A DNA stretch of 64,000 bases from an uncultured Spirochaetota bacterium. GTDB lineage: Bacteria; Spirochaetota; Spirochaetia; SZUA-6; Fen-1364. The DNA is taken from positions 1 to 64,000 of the forward strand of contig CAWJSK010000012.1 in the NCBI GenBank assembly GCA_963845535.1, given 5' to 3'. The position numbers and the translations under genes are program-made. Shown here piece after piece: positions 20,997 through 32,042 of the stretch (position 1 is the stretch's first letter; the number at the start of each line of letters is the position of its first letter). Under the pieces are notes generated by a model, which saw only the letters and a program-made list of their open reading frames with translations, did not search any database and was not told where the DNA came from.

Positions 20997-21890
20997 ATGA
21001 GGGGCTTTTTCAGGCACGGGAATATCGGGTATCTGTTCGTCCTGCCGGCCATCACCTACATGGTGCTGCTCGTAGGGTATCCGATCGTCAGCAATTTCAT
21101 CCTCAGCATCCAGGATGTCACCGTTACCACGCTCAACGCCGTCGGGAAGCCCCTTGTGGGCTTTCGCAACTACCAGACGCTCATGGCGGACGATGTGCTC
21201 CTGCGTTCCCTCGGGAATACCTTCATATTTACGATCGGCTGCCTCGTATTCCAGTTCGCAATCGGTTTTGGGCTGGCGCTGCTCTTCAACGCGGGATTCC
21301 CGATTGCGAAGCCCATCCGCGGCCTGCTCATGATTCCCTGGATGATTCCGATGACGGTCACCGCCCTGATGTTCAAGTTCATGTTCAGCTCGAACGTGGG
21401 CATCATCAACCAGTTTCTCCAGGCGCTCGGCATCATCAAAAGTCCGGTGGAATGGCTCCTGGAGCCTCGCTCAGCGATGTTCTCCCTGATCGTTGCGAAC
21501 ATCTGGATCGGGATACCGTTCAATATGATCCTGCTTTCCACTGGATTGACCACCATCCCCAAAGACGTGAAGGAAGCCGCGGCCATTGACGGGGCCAGCA
21601 AGTGGCAGTCCTTTCTCTTCATCATCTCTCCCATGCTCAGGCCGGTCATCGAGTCGGTGCTGATTCTCGGATTCATCTACACGTTCAAGGTCTTCGATCT
21701 CGTGTTCGTCATGACCAACGGCGGGCCGGTCAACTCCACACACCTGCTCTCCACGTATTCCTACAAGCTCTCTTTTGTGCTCTTCAAGTACAGCCAGGGC
21801 TCCGCCACGGCGAACATTCTCTTTCTGATCCTGCTGGCGGTGAGCATCTTCTACCTGAAATTCGTTTACGACGACCGGAGGGCCCAATGA
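20997..21890 (+). CDS. Carbohydrate ABC transporter permease
   Basis: EAAAIDGA loop, FKVFD, TNGGP. Confidence 0.93.
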   Translation: MRGFFRHGNIGYLFVLPAITYMVLLVGYPIVSNFILSIQDVTVTTLNAVGKPLVGFRNYQTLMADDVLLRSLGNTFIFTIGCLVFQFAIGFGLALLFNAGFPIAKPIRGLLMIPWMIPMTVTALMFKFMFSSNVGIINQFLQALGIIKSPVEWLLEPRSAMFSLIVANIWIGIPFNMILLSTGLTTIPKDVKEAAAIDGASKWQSFLFIISPMLRPVIESVLILGFIYTFKVFDLVFVMTNGGPVNSTHLLSTYSYKLSFVLFKYSQGSATANILFLILLAVSIFYLKFVYDDRRAQ

Positions 21891-22729
21891 TGAGCCGGGC
21901 CCGGAGGCTGAGGACGGTGGTCCTTTCCGCCGTTGCAATCGTCATATTTGTGGTGGCGATGTTCCCGCTTTACTGGATGGTTGTGACCTCGCTCAAGAAG
22001 GAGATCGAGATATTCCAGGTGCCTCCCACGCTGCTGCCGCACGTGTTGAACACGGATTCCTATTTCGCGCAACTGCAGCACGGGGATTTCAATATGTTTC
22101 GCTCTTTCAAGAACAGCTTCGTGATTTCTTCTTGCGCGATGCTGCTGGCCCTCGTGCTTGCCATACCTGCGTCCTACGGAATCGCCAGGTTCACGTTCAA
22201 GGGCAAACGGGCATTCATCCTGGGCTTCCTGGTAACGCAAATGCTGCCTGTCTCGGTTCTCCTCACCCCGATGTTTATCATTTTCAAGAATGTTCACCTC
22301 CTCAATACCCAGCTCTCCGCCATCCTCTCTGATGTGACCATTGGCGTGCCCTTCTCCGTCTTGATCCTGATGGGCTATTTCGCCTCCATGCCGAAGGAGC
22401 TCGAGGACGCCTCTTGCATCGACGGCTGCAACAGATTTTCCGCCTTTCTCCGCATCTTCCTTCCCATCGCCTCGCCGGGCGTGATCGTGTGTGCCGTCTT
22501 CTCTTTCCTTTACGGCTGGGGGGATCTTGCGTACGGCATGACCTTCCTGCAGGATCAGGCCATGCGTCCCATCACGGCGGGAATTTTCAATTTCATGGGG
22601 CAGTACGGCACCAAATGGAGCTATCTCAGCGCCTTCGCCGTCGTCACGATTGTCCCGGTCATTTTCATCTTTGTCTTCATGCAGAAATACATCATCAGCG
22701 GACTCACCAGCGGCGCAGTCAAGGGGTAG
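21887..22729 (+). CDS. Carbohydrate ABC transporter permease
   Basis: PKELEDASCIDG; C-terminal QKYIISGLTSGAVKG. Confidence 0.93.
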   Translation: MMSRARRLRTVVLSAVAIVIFVVAMFPLYWMVVTSLKKEIEIFQVPPTLLPHVLNTDSYFAQLQHGDFNMFRSFKNSFVISSCAMLLALVLAIPASYGIARFTFKGKRAFILGFLVTQMLPVSVLLTPMFIIFKNVHLLNTQLSAILSDVTIGVPFSVLILMGYFASMPKELEDASCIDGCNRFSAFLRIFLPIASPGVIVCAVFSFLYGWGDLAYGMTFLQDQAMRPITAGIFNFMGQYGTKWSYLSAFAVVTIVPVIFIFVFMQKYIISGLTSGAVKG

Positions 22730-22767
22730 AGCGGCGGGCGTGCCGCGCAGCGAAGGAGAGCGAAAAC

Positions 22768-24748
22768 ATGGCGATTCTAAGCAGGGTTGGAGACAGGCTC
22801 ATTCGGGAAGAGGATCATGAGCTGCTTTGGATCGAGCCCTGGGGGCCGGACGCGCTTCGCGTGCGGGCCACGAAGGGGCCGGGCAATGCCGGAGGTGGAC
22901 TGGGCGCTCATTCCGCGGCCCGCCAAGGCCAGGATCGAGATAACAAACGGGCGGGCATCGATTTCCAACGGGGCCATCCGGGCCGAGATGGCTCGTTCGG
23001 GGAAGCTCACCTTCTTCGGAGCGCGCGGCCAGCCCATAGTCGAGGAGTCCCTGCGTAACCGCAAGGACGTCCTGTCCGAGGACTGTTCAGCCCTGGAGCT
23101 TGAGGCACGCGAGTTCCGCCCCATCATAGGCGGGGACTACGAGATTACGGCCCGCTTCGAATCCCTTTCTCCCGAGGAACGGATATCCGGCATGGGCCAG
23201 TATCAGCAACCGTACCTCGACCTGAAAGGCACGGAGCTCGAGCTCGCGCACCGCAACTCGCAGGCGAGCGTACCCTTCTGCCTGTCGAGCCTCGGGTACG
23301 GCTTCCTGTGGAACAATCCCTCGATCGGCAGAGTCACCTTTGCCAAGAACGGCACGGTCTGGCGCGCATCCTCCGGCAAGGCGCTTGACTACTGGGTGGC
23401 GGCCGCGGACCGCCCTCGGGACATCCTGGAGCGCTACACGGGCGTGACCGGAAGGACGCCCATGATGCCTGAGTTCGCCATGGGCTTTTGGCAGTGCAAG
23501 CTGCGGTATCAGACCCAGGATGAGCTGCTCGGCGTGGCGCGGGAGTACAAGCGCCGGGGCGTGCCGCTGTCCGTGATCGTCGTCGACTTCTTCCATTGGC
23601 CAACCCAGGGGGATTGGCGTTTCGATCCTGTCTATTGGCCGGACCCCGAAGGCATGATCTCGGAGCTTCGGGGCATGGGCACCGAGCTGATGGTCTCCAT
23701 CTGGCCGACGGTAGACTACCGAAGCGAGAACTTCGCGCAGATGCGGGACCTCGGCCATCTCATCCGCACGGAGCGTGGCATTCGCGTTTCCATGGACTTC
23801 CAGGGCAACACGCTCCACTTCGACGCAACCAAGGCGGCGGCGCGCGAATACGTCTGGGCCAAGGTCAAGAAGAACTACTACGACAAGGGAATCCGCGTCT
23901 TCTGGCTGGACGAGGCGGAGCCCGAGTACGCGGCGTATGACTTCGACAATTATCGCTATCACCTCGGCTCGGACCTCGCCGTCGGCAACATCTATCCCTT
24001 CATGTACGCGAGGGCGTTCTACGAGGGAATGTCGAAGGCGGGGCAGGAAAACGTCATCAACCTGATCCGATGCTCCTGGGCCGGCAGTCAGCGCTACGGC
24101 GCTCTGGTCTGGTCCGGCGACATTCACTCAAGCTGGAAGAGCCTCCGCAACCAGGTGGCCGCGGGGCTGAACATGGGAATTGCAGGCATCCCCTGGTGGA
24201 CCACGGACATCGGGGGCTTCCACGGCGGTGACCCGAATGACCCCGGTTTCAGAGAGCTTTTCACGCGATGGTTCGAGTACGGGACCTTCTGCCCGGTCAT
24301 GCGCCTGCACGGTGACCGCGAGCCTCGGCAGCCCCAGGTCGGCACCACCGGCGGCGCATTCTGCCGCTCCGGCGCGCCGAACGAGATATGGAGCTACGGC
24401 GAGGAGGCGTACGGGATCTGCGTCAAGCACATCGAGCTGCGGGAGAGCATGCGGCCTCGGATCACCGAGGCAATGCGTGCCGCTCATGAGACAGGCGCTC
24501 CGCCCATGCGCCCTCTCTTTTTCGACTACCCCCAGGACCCCCAGGCGTGGGCCGTGGAAGACGAGTTCCTCTTTTGCGACCTGCTGGTGGCTCCGATCCT
24601 GGCCCCCTCCGTTCGATCCCGAACCGTCTATTTGCCGGAGGGACGATGGAAGAACCTCCATGACGGCTCAGGCGTGGACGGCGGGCGGACCGTTGAGTGC
24701 GCCGCGCCCCTCGAGCGGATTCCCGTGTTCGAGCGGGTGCCTCAGTGA
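22768..24748 (+). CDS. Glycoside hydrolase family 31 (probable alpha-xylosidase; frameshift near 22880)
   Basis: IEPWGPDALRVR N-terminus; GFWQCKLRY, FWLDEAEP (nucleophile), WSGDI, TDIGGF, MRLHG. Confidence 0.92.
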
Positions 24749-24764
24749 TTCGAAGAGCCCGCCC

Positions 24765-27047
24765 TCACAACTCGATGCCCGCGCCGAGCGCGGAGGAACG
24801 GAAGCCGCGGTAGCCTTTATCGAAGAGGAGCTCGGCGCCGCGTCCAAGGTCCATTTCGTCCGTGCAGGCGACAGGCTCCGGGTAGTACGGAATGACCGCG
24901 CCGCTGCGGACGTACAGCGGCACCCGAGACAGCGGTTGCGCGACCCGGGCCAGGGTCACCGGGCCCTTGACGCGCTCGCCGGTCCAGAAGTCGATCCACT
25001 CGCCGGCCGGAAGGTATACGCTCCGCACCCCCGCGGCGTTCAGGATGGGAGCCACCAGGAACGAGCCGCCGCAATAGAACTCGTCCTCGATCGTCCAGAC
25101 AATCGGATCCTCTTCATGGTGGAACACCAGCGAGCGGAACATGGGCATGCCGGTCGAAACCGACTCATCCGCTTCGCGCAGAAGGTAAGGGATCAGCGCG
25201 TAGCGCAGCTTGAGCCATTCACGGATGAGGTCTGCGACGGCGGGATACTCCCAGGGCTCGCGCGCGGAGGAGCCGTGAAAGCGCAAATGGGAGGTGAATA
25301 CGCCCACCTGGGTCCAGCGGACGAACAGATCGTCGGAGGGGCGGCCGTTCATGAAGCTGGGAAGGGAGTGGAAGCCCGGAACGTCGTGACTCCAGAAGGC
25401 AAACCCCGACAGCCCGATCTGGAGTCCTCCGCGGATGGTGGCGGCCAGCCCATCCCACGTGCAAGCCGCGTCTCCGCCCCAGTGTACGGGGTAACGCTGG
25501 CTCCCTGCCCATCCGGAACGGGCCCAGATGATGCCGTCCGGGTAAACCTCTCGGGTCACCTCAAAAGCGGCACGGTGATAGAGCAGGCAGTAGATGTTGC
25601 GAAGCCGATCCGCGCTCATGCCGTGATATGCGGCCTGCATGTCGATGCTCTCTCCGAAATCCGTCTTGATGGCTGCCGCCCCCATGCGCAGGAGCCGCCG
25701 CAACAAGCTCTTGTACCACTCCACCGCCTCCGGGTTGGTGAAGTCGATGGTGCATCCGCGCGCGTCATCGAACTTCGACTCGAGAGGAGGTAAGGTCCCC
25801 GGCGCTACATACCGCTTCTCCCGTGCCATGGAATAGAGGCTGGTTCCTTCCGTCACAAGCGGCAACTGCCAGAGACAGACTCTGAATCCCAGATTCCGCA
25901 TTTCGCGAAGAAATCCTTCGGGGTCAGGGAACCTCTCTGGGCTGAACTCCCATTCGCAACGCCAGTCCGTCTTGAACCACCCCGTATCCAGATGAATAAC
26001 ATCGCAGGGGAAGCCGCCCTTCCTCATTCCCTGGGCTACGTCGAGGGCTTCTTTCGCGGAGAAGTACGTCATGCGCGCCATCCAGGCGCCGTAACTCCAC
26101 AGCGGCGGGAGGCGGGGGACGCCAGTGAGGCGGCGGTAGTTGTGAACAATCGACTGTACAGAGCCTCCGCCGATGAAGAACAGGTCCAGGGAAGCCGATT
26201 CCACGCTGCCCTGGACTGCCCGGGAGGAAATGTCGGCGAACGACAGACGGCTTCGGTACGAGGTATGAACGAACAGCCCGTAACCCGCGCTGGACACGTA
26301 GAACGGCACGTTCTTGTAAGCCCGCCGCGAGGAAACCCCAAGAGCGTCGGTGTTCTCCAGGACGATCGTGGAGCCGGCGAGCCCGAATCGGGAGAAACGC
26401 TCACCCGTCCCGAGGAAACGCTCTCCGGGTCGAGCGTGCAAGGAGAACAGGGAGAGACGAGGGGTGCCGCCGCGAACCACGCAGCCCAGCGCAATCGACT
26501 CGCGATGCGCCGGGAAGAAAGTATCGTGGGCCATGAAGGGGACTTCCGCGGCGCCGTCCGGGATCACGACGGCGTCGAATACGGGATCCGGATCCGGGAT
26601 CAGCCGGCTCCACGGATGCGAGGGAGGCCGGGGCGCGAGAGTCCGGAACACAACCCGGCCGGCGAGGTCCTTGACAAGATACTCCCCGACCTGCAACCCG
26701 GGCTGCACGACAAGCTGTTCCGTCTGAAGCAGCGGATCGCGCTCAATCATGGGGCTTGAGTCCAGGTCTTGCAGCGGCGCTGCCGTCCCGGTGGCGCCGA
26801 GCTCCAGGGTTGCTCTCACCATGCATCCGCCGAAGCTCTGCAGGCGGAGCTCGGCGGTCAGTGGCGCGACCGACGGGTCCGCCTCGAATGATGAAGGCTT
26901 TCGCGCGACCAAAGGAAGGGTGAGAACAGCGACGCCGCCTTCCACCCGTGCCGATGTGGCCGCAGCGGCGATGTAGACGACGTCGCCAGCGGCCTCAGGC
27001 TCTTCCAGGTCGAGCATATCCTCGCGGAAACGGTTGTGCTGTCTCAT
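24765..27047 (-). CDS. Glycoside hydrolase family 31, YicI-like alpha-xylosidase
   Basis: AYKNVPFY, IHLDTGWF, IKTDFGE, HWGGD, WSHDVPGF, REPWEY. Confidence 0.92.
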   Translation of the reverse strand: MRQHNRFREDMLDLEEPEAAGDVVYIAAAATSARVEGGVAVLTLPLVARKPSSFEADPSVAPLTAELRLQSFGGCMVRATLELGATGTAAPLQDLDSSPMIERDPLLQTEQLVVQPGLQVGEYLVKDLAGRVVFRTLAPRPPSHPWSRLIPDPDPVFDAVVIPDGAAEVPFMAHDTFFPAHRESIALGCVVRGGTPRLSLFSLHARPGERFLGTGERFSRFGLAGSTIVLENTDALGVSSRRAYKNVPFYVSSAGYGLFVHTSYRSRLSFADISSRAVQGSVESASLDLFFIGGGSVQSIVHNYRRLTGVPRLPPLWSYGAWMARMTYFSAKEALDVAQGMRKGGFPCDVIHLDTGWFKTDWRCEWEFSPERFPDPEGFLREMRNLGFRVCLWQLPLVTEGTSLYSMAREKRYVAPGTLPPLESKFDDARGCTIDFTNPEAVEWYKSLLRRLLRMGAAAIKTDFGESIDMQAAYHGMSADRLRNIYCLLYHRAAFEVTREVYPDGIIWARSGWAGSQRYPVHWGGDAACTWDGLAATIRGGLQIGLSGFAFWSHDVPGFHSLPSFMNGRPSDDLFVRWTQVGVFTSHLRFHGSSAREPWEYPAVADLIREWLKLRYALIPYLLREADESVSTGMPMFRSLVFHHEEDPIVWTIEDEFYCGGSFLVAPILNAAGVRSVYLPAGEWIDFWTGERVKGPVTLARVAQPLSRVPLYVRSGAVIPYYPEPVACTDEMDLGRGAELLFDKGYRGFRSSALGAGIEL

Positions 27048-27051
27048 CGAC

Positions 27052-27891
27052 TCACCCCTTGATGGCGCCGGCAGTCACACCCAGTGTGACGCGGCGCTGG
27101 AAGATGAGGAACATCACCAGCGGCACGGCCATGGCAATCACGAGGGCCGCGCTCAGCGCTGGCACGCCAATGCCGTACTCCCCTCTCATCATGGCGATGC
27201 CAAGCGTGAGGGTCCGTGACGCCGGGTTCTGAAGGATCAACAAGGAGAACGGCAATTCGTTCCACATGGACTGGAAACCGATGATGGCGATGGTTGCGAT
27301 CATGGGCATGGCGAGCGGCGTCATCACGCGCACGAGGATCCGCAACGGGGAGGCGCCGTCCATTCTCGCCGCCTCCACGAGCTCGTAGGGCATGTCGGTG
27401 AAATACGTGGTCATGATGTAGGTTCCAAACGGCGAGAAGTAGGCCACCCAGGTCAGGATGACGCCCAGGCCGGTGTTCGTGAGGTGCAGCACGGAGATCA
27501 GCTTGAAGACCTGGGTTGCCAGGAGAAGCTGCGGGAAGATCGTCAGGAAAAGCACCAGGAGGAACAGGGGCCGCTTCAGGCGGAACTTCATCTTCCCGAA
27601 CGCGTAGCCCGCGGACACGCACACCGCAAGGTACAGCACCAGGCCGATGGGAACGAGAATGAGGCTGTTGACGGCGAACCTCAGGAGGCGCGCGCTGACC
27701 GCGGCGTACACGAAGTTCTCCCCCGTGGGCGACCTCGGGGGAAAGAAGGGGTTCACCGCGAACTCGTTGTCGGATTTGAGGCTGGCGGCGACCACGTTGT
27801 AAAGAGGAAGGATGGAGACGATGACCAGCAGGAGCAGCAGCGCCTGGACGAGCACACGGGGGCCCGTCGTGATGGCGGAGGTCTTCTTCAT
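27052..27891 (-). CDS. Carbohydrate ABC transporter permease
   Basis: ELVEAARMDGA; C-terminal GVTAGAIKG. Confidence 0.92.
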   Translation of the reverse strand: MKKTSAITTGPRVLVQALLLLLVIVSILPLYNVVAASLKSDNEFAVNPFFPPRSPTGENFVYAAVSARLLRFAVNSLILVPIGLVLYLAVCVSAGYAFGKMKFRLKRPLFLLVLFLTIFPQLLLATQVFKLISVLHLTNTGLGVILTWVAYFSPFGTYIMTTYFTDMPYELVEAARMDGASPLRILVRVMTPLAMPMIATIAIIGFQSMWNELPFSLLILQNPASRTLTLGIAMMRGEYGIGVPALSAALVIAMAVPLVMFLIFQRRVTLGVTAGAIKG

Positions 27892-28763
27892 GAGCTTCTC
27901 GTTCTCATCAGGCGGATCTGCAGGACCGAAATGGCCGCGCAGAAGAGGAACAGGACCATGGACCATGCGCTGGAGTACCCCACGCGGAACTTCTCGAATC
28001 CCTGGGAGAAAATGCCATATTCAAGCGTGAACGTGCCGTATCCCGGCCCGCCCCGGGTGAGCGTATAGATGTAGCTGAACATGCGGGCGAACACCTCGAT
28101 GAAATTGAAGACCACCCAGAACTCAATGGCGAAGCGTATGCTCGGCACCGTGACGCGCAACAACGTCTGAAAGAAGCGCGCGCCGTCGATGAGGGCCGCC
28201 TCGTAGACTCCCTGGTCTATTCCGTTCATGGCGGCCAGGAAGTAGATGAGGCCGAACCCGAGATGGACCCAGACCACCTGGACCAGGCCGACCGAGTTGA
28301 TGGCAATGGATGGAGAGGTCAGGAAGCGCACCGTTGGGCCGCCGGCCCATTTGATCAGGAGGTTGAGCGACCCGTCATCCCGGAGGTAGATGGAGAAGAC
28401 CACGCCAATGATGACCGGCCCCAGCAGGTTCGGGATGTAGAAGATGGCACGGTAGGCCTGCCAGCCCCGCAGGCCTTCACGCAGGAGCGCGGCAACAAAC
28501 ACGGTTACGACCGTGCTTACCGGGATGTAGCAGACAAGGATGCCAGTGTTGTAGATCGAGGTCCAGAACGCCTGGTCGGCTACCATGCCGCGATAGTTCG
28601 CGAGGCCAGTCCATTTCATGGGCCCGTAGCCCTTCCACTCCGTGAAGCTCGCAACCAGGTTCATGACGACGGGGTAGAGGATGAAGGCGGCAAGGAGCAC
28701 CAGCAGCGGCGAAAGGAAAATGTAAGGGGCAATTCCGTCTCTTTCCAGCCCTTGATGACGCAT
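27888..28763 (-). CDS. Carbohydrate ABC transporter permease
   Basis: YEAALIDGA, TRGGPG, six TM segments. Confidence 0.92.
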   Translation of the reverse strand: MRHQGLERDGIAPYIFLSPLLVLLAAFILYPVVMNLVASFTEWKGYGPMKWTGLANYRGMVADQAFWTSIYNTGILVCYIPVSTVVTVFVAALLREGLRGWQAYRAIFYIPNLLGPVIIGVVFSIYLRDDGSLNLLIKWAGGPTVRFLTSPSIAINSVGLVQVVWVHLGFGLIYFLAAMNGIDQGVYEAALIDGARFFQTLLRVTVPSIRFAIEFWVVFNFIEVFARMFSYIYTLTRGGPGYGTFTLEYGIFSQGFEKFRVGYSSAWSMVLFLFCAAISVLQIRLMRTRSS

Positions 28764-28788
28764 GGCAGATGCTCCGTGGGGACAGGAG

Positions 28789-28816
28789 AAAGGACGGGGC
28801 CCGCGCCCCGTCCTTT
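28789..28816 (-). terminator. Intergenic hairpin after the SBP gene (partial terminator or mRNA stabiliser)
   Basis: Perfect 12-bp stem aaaggacggggc / gccccgtccttt. Confidence 0.65.
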
Positions 28817-28826
28817 GAAGAAAGCT

Positions 28827-30110
28827 CTATTTCGTGATGAGCTTCTGATACTCGGTGATGAACTGATCCGTCGTCAGCTCCCCCGTGACGAACATCCGGT
28901 CGCAGAGCCGGTTCGCGTCGTCCTCGTATCCGTTGTAGAACATCGGGAGGTAGTCCAGAGCCAGGCTTCCCTTGAGGTACTGCTGGACAGTCTTCAGCGC
29001 GGGATAGTCGGTCTCGAAGCCGCTCACCGATGTGTTGGGTGACAGGGCCCCTGTGGCGCCGGCGTAAATGCGCGCCCCGTCACCGGTCGTGTAGAACTTG
29101 GCATAGGCCGCGCCGATTTTCTGGTTCTTCGACCATGTCATGACGCCGTAGCCAATGCCCGCGCCTTGGGCCACCTGCTGGTCGGTATACTTGCTGTCGG
29201 GGAAATTGATGGTGGGGAAATACCCGACGTTGTTTGCACCGAGCTTGTCGGAGAACGCCTTCCAGTTGCCGACGTCGGACAGGAGCCCGACGAACATGCC
29301 GCCGGTTCCGTCAGCGAACTTGTTGATCCCGTCCATGAAATAGGGCCGGGAGAAGCCATCCTTTTCCAGGTACCCCTTGTCGACCAGCGTCTTTACGAAC
29401 TCGACGCTCTCACGGAAAAGCGGGTCCGTGTACTTCACGGATCCATCTTTGAGGCCCGCGACGTTCGGCCCAAAGTCGTTTGCAACGAGGCACCTGAGCA
29501 GGAAGTCGATTGTGTAGGTCTGGCCGACCGTAATGGGGACGATCCCGGCCGCTTTGAGCTTCTCACAGGCTGCCAGGAACTGGGCGGCGCTCTTGGGAGG
29601 CTGCTCGGGATCCAGGCCCGCCTTCTTGAAGTAGTCCTTATTATAGTAGATGCCGAACCCCTGCATGGTCATGGGCAGGACCTTGATCGGCGCGCCGATT
29701 TTCCCGCCTATGGACACCATCGCGATGCTTGCAGGCGTGAACTGGCTCTTGATGTCCCGTATGTACGGAGTCAGGTCGATGAGAATGTCGCTGAACCCGT
29801 ATTCGCGGGCTCCCGGGTGGAACATGGCCACATCCGGTCCCTGGTTCGCGTTGGCCGCAGCCTGGATGATTTGATAGTACTGGGGTTCACCGGGCTGCGC
29901 GACATGATTGATTGTGACACCTGGGTTCTTCTGCATGAACAGGGCGTCGATTTGCTGCATAGGCTTCTGGGCGTCATTCGGCCCGTACTTGAAATCCCAG
30001 ACGGTGAGCGTCACCGGGCCCTTCGGCGCGGCCTCGCTGGAGCCGCCGGCGAAGGCCATCACCGTGACGGCGGCAGCTAGAATGAGACAGAGAATCGATT
30101 TCTTGATCAT
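28827..30110 (-). CDS. Carbohydrate ABC transporter substrate-binding protein (CUT1)
   Basis: MIKKSIL...AFAGGSSE signal peptide, GPDVAM, IYYNKDYFKKAGLD; AAGGAGG RBS before 30110. Confidence 0.92.
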   Translation of the reverse strand: MIKKSILCLILAAAVTVMAFAGGSSEAAPKGPVTLTVWDFKYGPNDAQKPMQQIDALFMQKNPGVTINHVAQPGEPQYYQIIQAAANANQGPDVAMFHPGAREYGFSDILIDLTPYIRDIKSQFTPASIAMVSIGGKIGAPIKVLPMTMQGFGIYYNKDYFKKAGLDPEQPPKSAAQFLAACEKLKAAGIVPITVGQTYTIDFLLRCLVANDFGPNVAGLKDGSVKYTDPLFRESVEFVKTLVDKGYLEKDGFSRPYFMDGINKFADGTGGMFVGLLSDVGNWKAFSDKLGANNVGYFPTINFPDSKYTDQQVAQGAGIGYGVMTWSKNQKIGAAYAKFYTTGDGARIYAGATGALSPNTSVSGFETDYPALKTVQQYLKGSLALDYLPMFYNGYEDDANRLCDRMFVTGELTTDQFITEYQKLITK

Positions 30111-30221
30111 GGGTGCCTCCTTCGAGCGTTGAGTCCCCGGCAGTATCCGGCGGCCGGCAGGAGCCGTAAATGGACCGGATTGCGCATGAACATGGAATAA
30201 ATTCCGTGCTATCATTTCCAA

Positions 30222-32042
30222 GTGGTACACCGACGCCGCACGGTCCGGGGATCCATCTTCCTTGCCGTCTCCGTTCTCCTGGTGTGTGTGCTCATTGCGT
30301 TCTCTCTCGTGGTGTATGACTACGCCTCCGGAGTGGCGCGGGAGCGGTTTGCGGACGCCTTGAGCTCGCTCTGCCGATCCGTCATGACGAACCTGGACAG
30401 CCAGGTCTCCGAGATAGACCGCCTGAGCCTGACGATGATCTACTCCCAGGTCTTCCAGAGTCTTTTTGCGCGGCACCTGGCATTTCCCCGCAACCCCTCC
30501 ACCGTGGGGCAAAGGATCGCGAAGCTCCAGAACACGGAGGCACTGATCGAGATCAGCGAGACCATCCTGGGTCCGAACCGATCCGCGCCTCAGGCCAACG
30601 TGTACGACCTGCGCGGGGAGATGATCGGCGCGGGGTACTACAGCCGCCTCATCGAGCGAGATGTGTCGCGCGAACAGTGGTATTCGGCGGTGATGCGGGC
30701 AGGAGGGGAACGGATGATTCTTCCTCCTCACGGGGATCCGCTTCTCGAGCAAACCTCCATCATTGTGAAAGACAAGCGGTACGTGTCTCTCATCAGAACG
30801 TTCCAGGACGCGCTCTTGTCCACGCGAGGGATCGTGGAGGTGGAGCAATATTGCGACGCTCTGTTCGGAGAGCTGGATTTGCTGAGCGGTACATCGCAGT
30901 CGGTCGCTCTTTTCGACCCGGATTGGAACCAGTTGTATCCCTATGACGGGACCGCCGTGGACGCTGCATTCTTCCACGCCCTGGCCGCGCGGGCCGTCAC
31001 CGGGCCCGTCGTGACCGGCGTCCTTCCCGGGACGCATGAGCGTCGAATCTTCGCGGTGACCACATCGAAAGACACCGGATGGACCCTCCTGATCGGCGCC
31101 CCCTCCGGCGGCCTTGCGGCGAGCGTCCTGCAATATGCCGCGCGGATCGCCCTTCTGGCTCTGATCGCAATCACCTGCTCCTTGGGAGCCTCCTATTTCA
31201 TCGCCCGCCGGGTCACGGTGCCCATCAAGGCCCTGCACGCGGAAATTGAGTCTCTGCATCTGGGAAACCTGGAAGAGGTCGGCGTGGGGTCCCACAAACC
31301 GGACCTGGGAGAGATCGATGAGCTGCGGCTGGCATTCCGCGACATGCGGTGGAAGCTCAACGAATCCCTGCAGGAGGCCGTATCCCTGCGCGCCCAGGAG
31401 AAAGAGGCCCAACTGGTCGCGTTGCAGTCTCAGATCAACCCGCACTTCATCCACAACATGCTGCAGACCATCGGCATCATGGCGGAAGAAGGCTCCTCAC
31501 CTGCTATCCAGGAGCTGATCCTCAACCTGGCACGGGTGCTGCGCTATATATCGTCCACCGACGGAACCACGGCAACCCTGGGGACGGAGATGGAGTACGC
31601 GGAAAGCTACCTCGCGGCGATGCGGGCGAGATTCGGCGGCAGCCTGGAATACAGCATTGACATCTCTCCCGACATGAGGCAGATCGTCGTTCCCCGGCTG
31701 ATTTTGCAGCCGTTTATCGAAAACTGCTTCAAGTACGCCACTTCGGTACGGCCTCCCTGGAGCATCGCGTTGTGCGGCGCCTGCGTGGATGAGCGGTGGT
31801 CCATGGAGATTCTCGACAACGGACCCGGGTTTTCGGCGGAGACGCTCCAGAGGATCTCCCAGCGGATTGCCGCCCGGCAGCGGGAAGGCAATGGGCGTTC
31901 CGGCATGTCGATCTCTGGAATGGGAATCATCAATTCGTACGAACGGCTGAAGCTCGCGTTCGGGGACACTTTCGTCTTCGATGTCGGCAACCGCCCGGGC
32001 GGAGGCGCGCGGATCGCGTTAGGGGCCGGGCTCCATGGCTGA
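30222..32042 (+). CDS. YesM-type sensor histidine kinase
   Basis: LQSQINPHFIHNML, LQPFIENCFKY, DNGPG; two TMs and HAMP. Confidence 0.9.
   Translation: MVHRRRTVRGSIFLAVSVLLVCVLIAFSLVVYDYASGVARERFADALSSLCRSVMTNLDSQVSEIDRLSLTMIYSQVFQSLFARHLAFPRNPSTVGQRIAKLQNTEALIEISETILGPNRSAPQANVYDLRGEMIGAGYYSRLIERDVSREQWYSAVMRAGGERMILPPHGDPLLEQTSIIVKDKRYVSLIRTFQDALLSTRGIVEVEQYCDALFGELDLLSGTSQSVALFDPDWNQLYPYDGTAVDAAFFHALAARAVTGPVVTGVLPGTHERRIFAVTTSKDTGWTLLIGAPSGGLAASVLQYAARIALLALIAITCSLGASYFIARRVTVPIKALHAEIESLHLGNLEEVGVGSHKPDLGEIDELRLAFRDMRWKLNESLQEAVSLRAQEKEAQLVALQSQINPHFIHNMLQTIGIMAEEGSSPAIQELILNLARVLRYISSTDGTTATLGTEMEYAESYLAAMRARFGGSLEYSIDISPDMRQIVVPRLILQPFIENCFKYATSVRPPWSIALCGACVDERWSMEILDNGPGFSAETLQRISQRIAARQREGNGRSGMSISGMGIINSYERLKLAFGDTFVFDVGNRPGGGARIALGAGLHG

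Noticed and set aside
30111..31454. Long N-terminal extension of the 875-aa ORF 28827..31454
   Set aside because: It is an antisense shadow of the kinase gene. The RBS and signal peptide put the true start at 30110.
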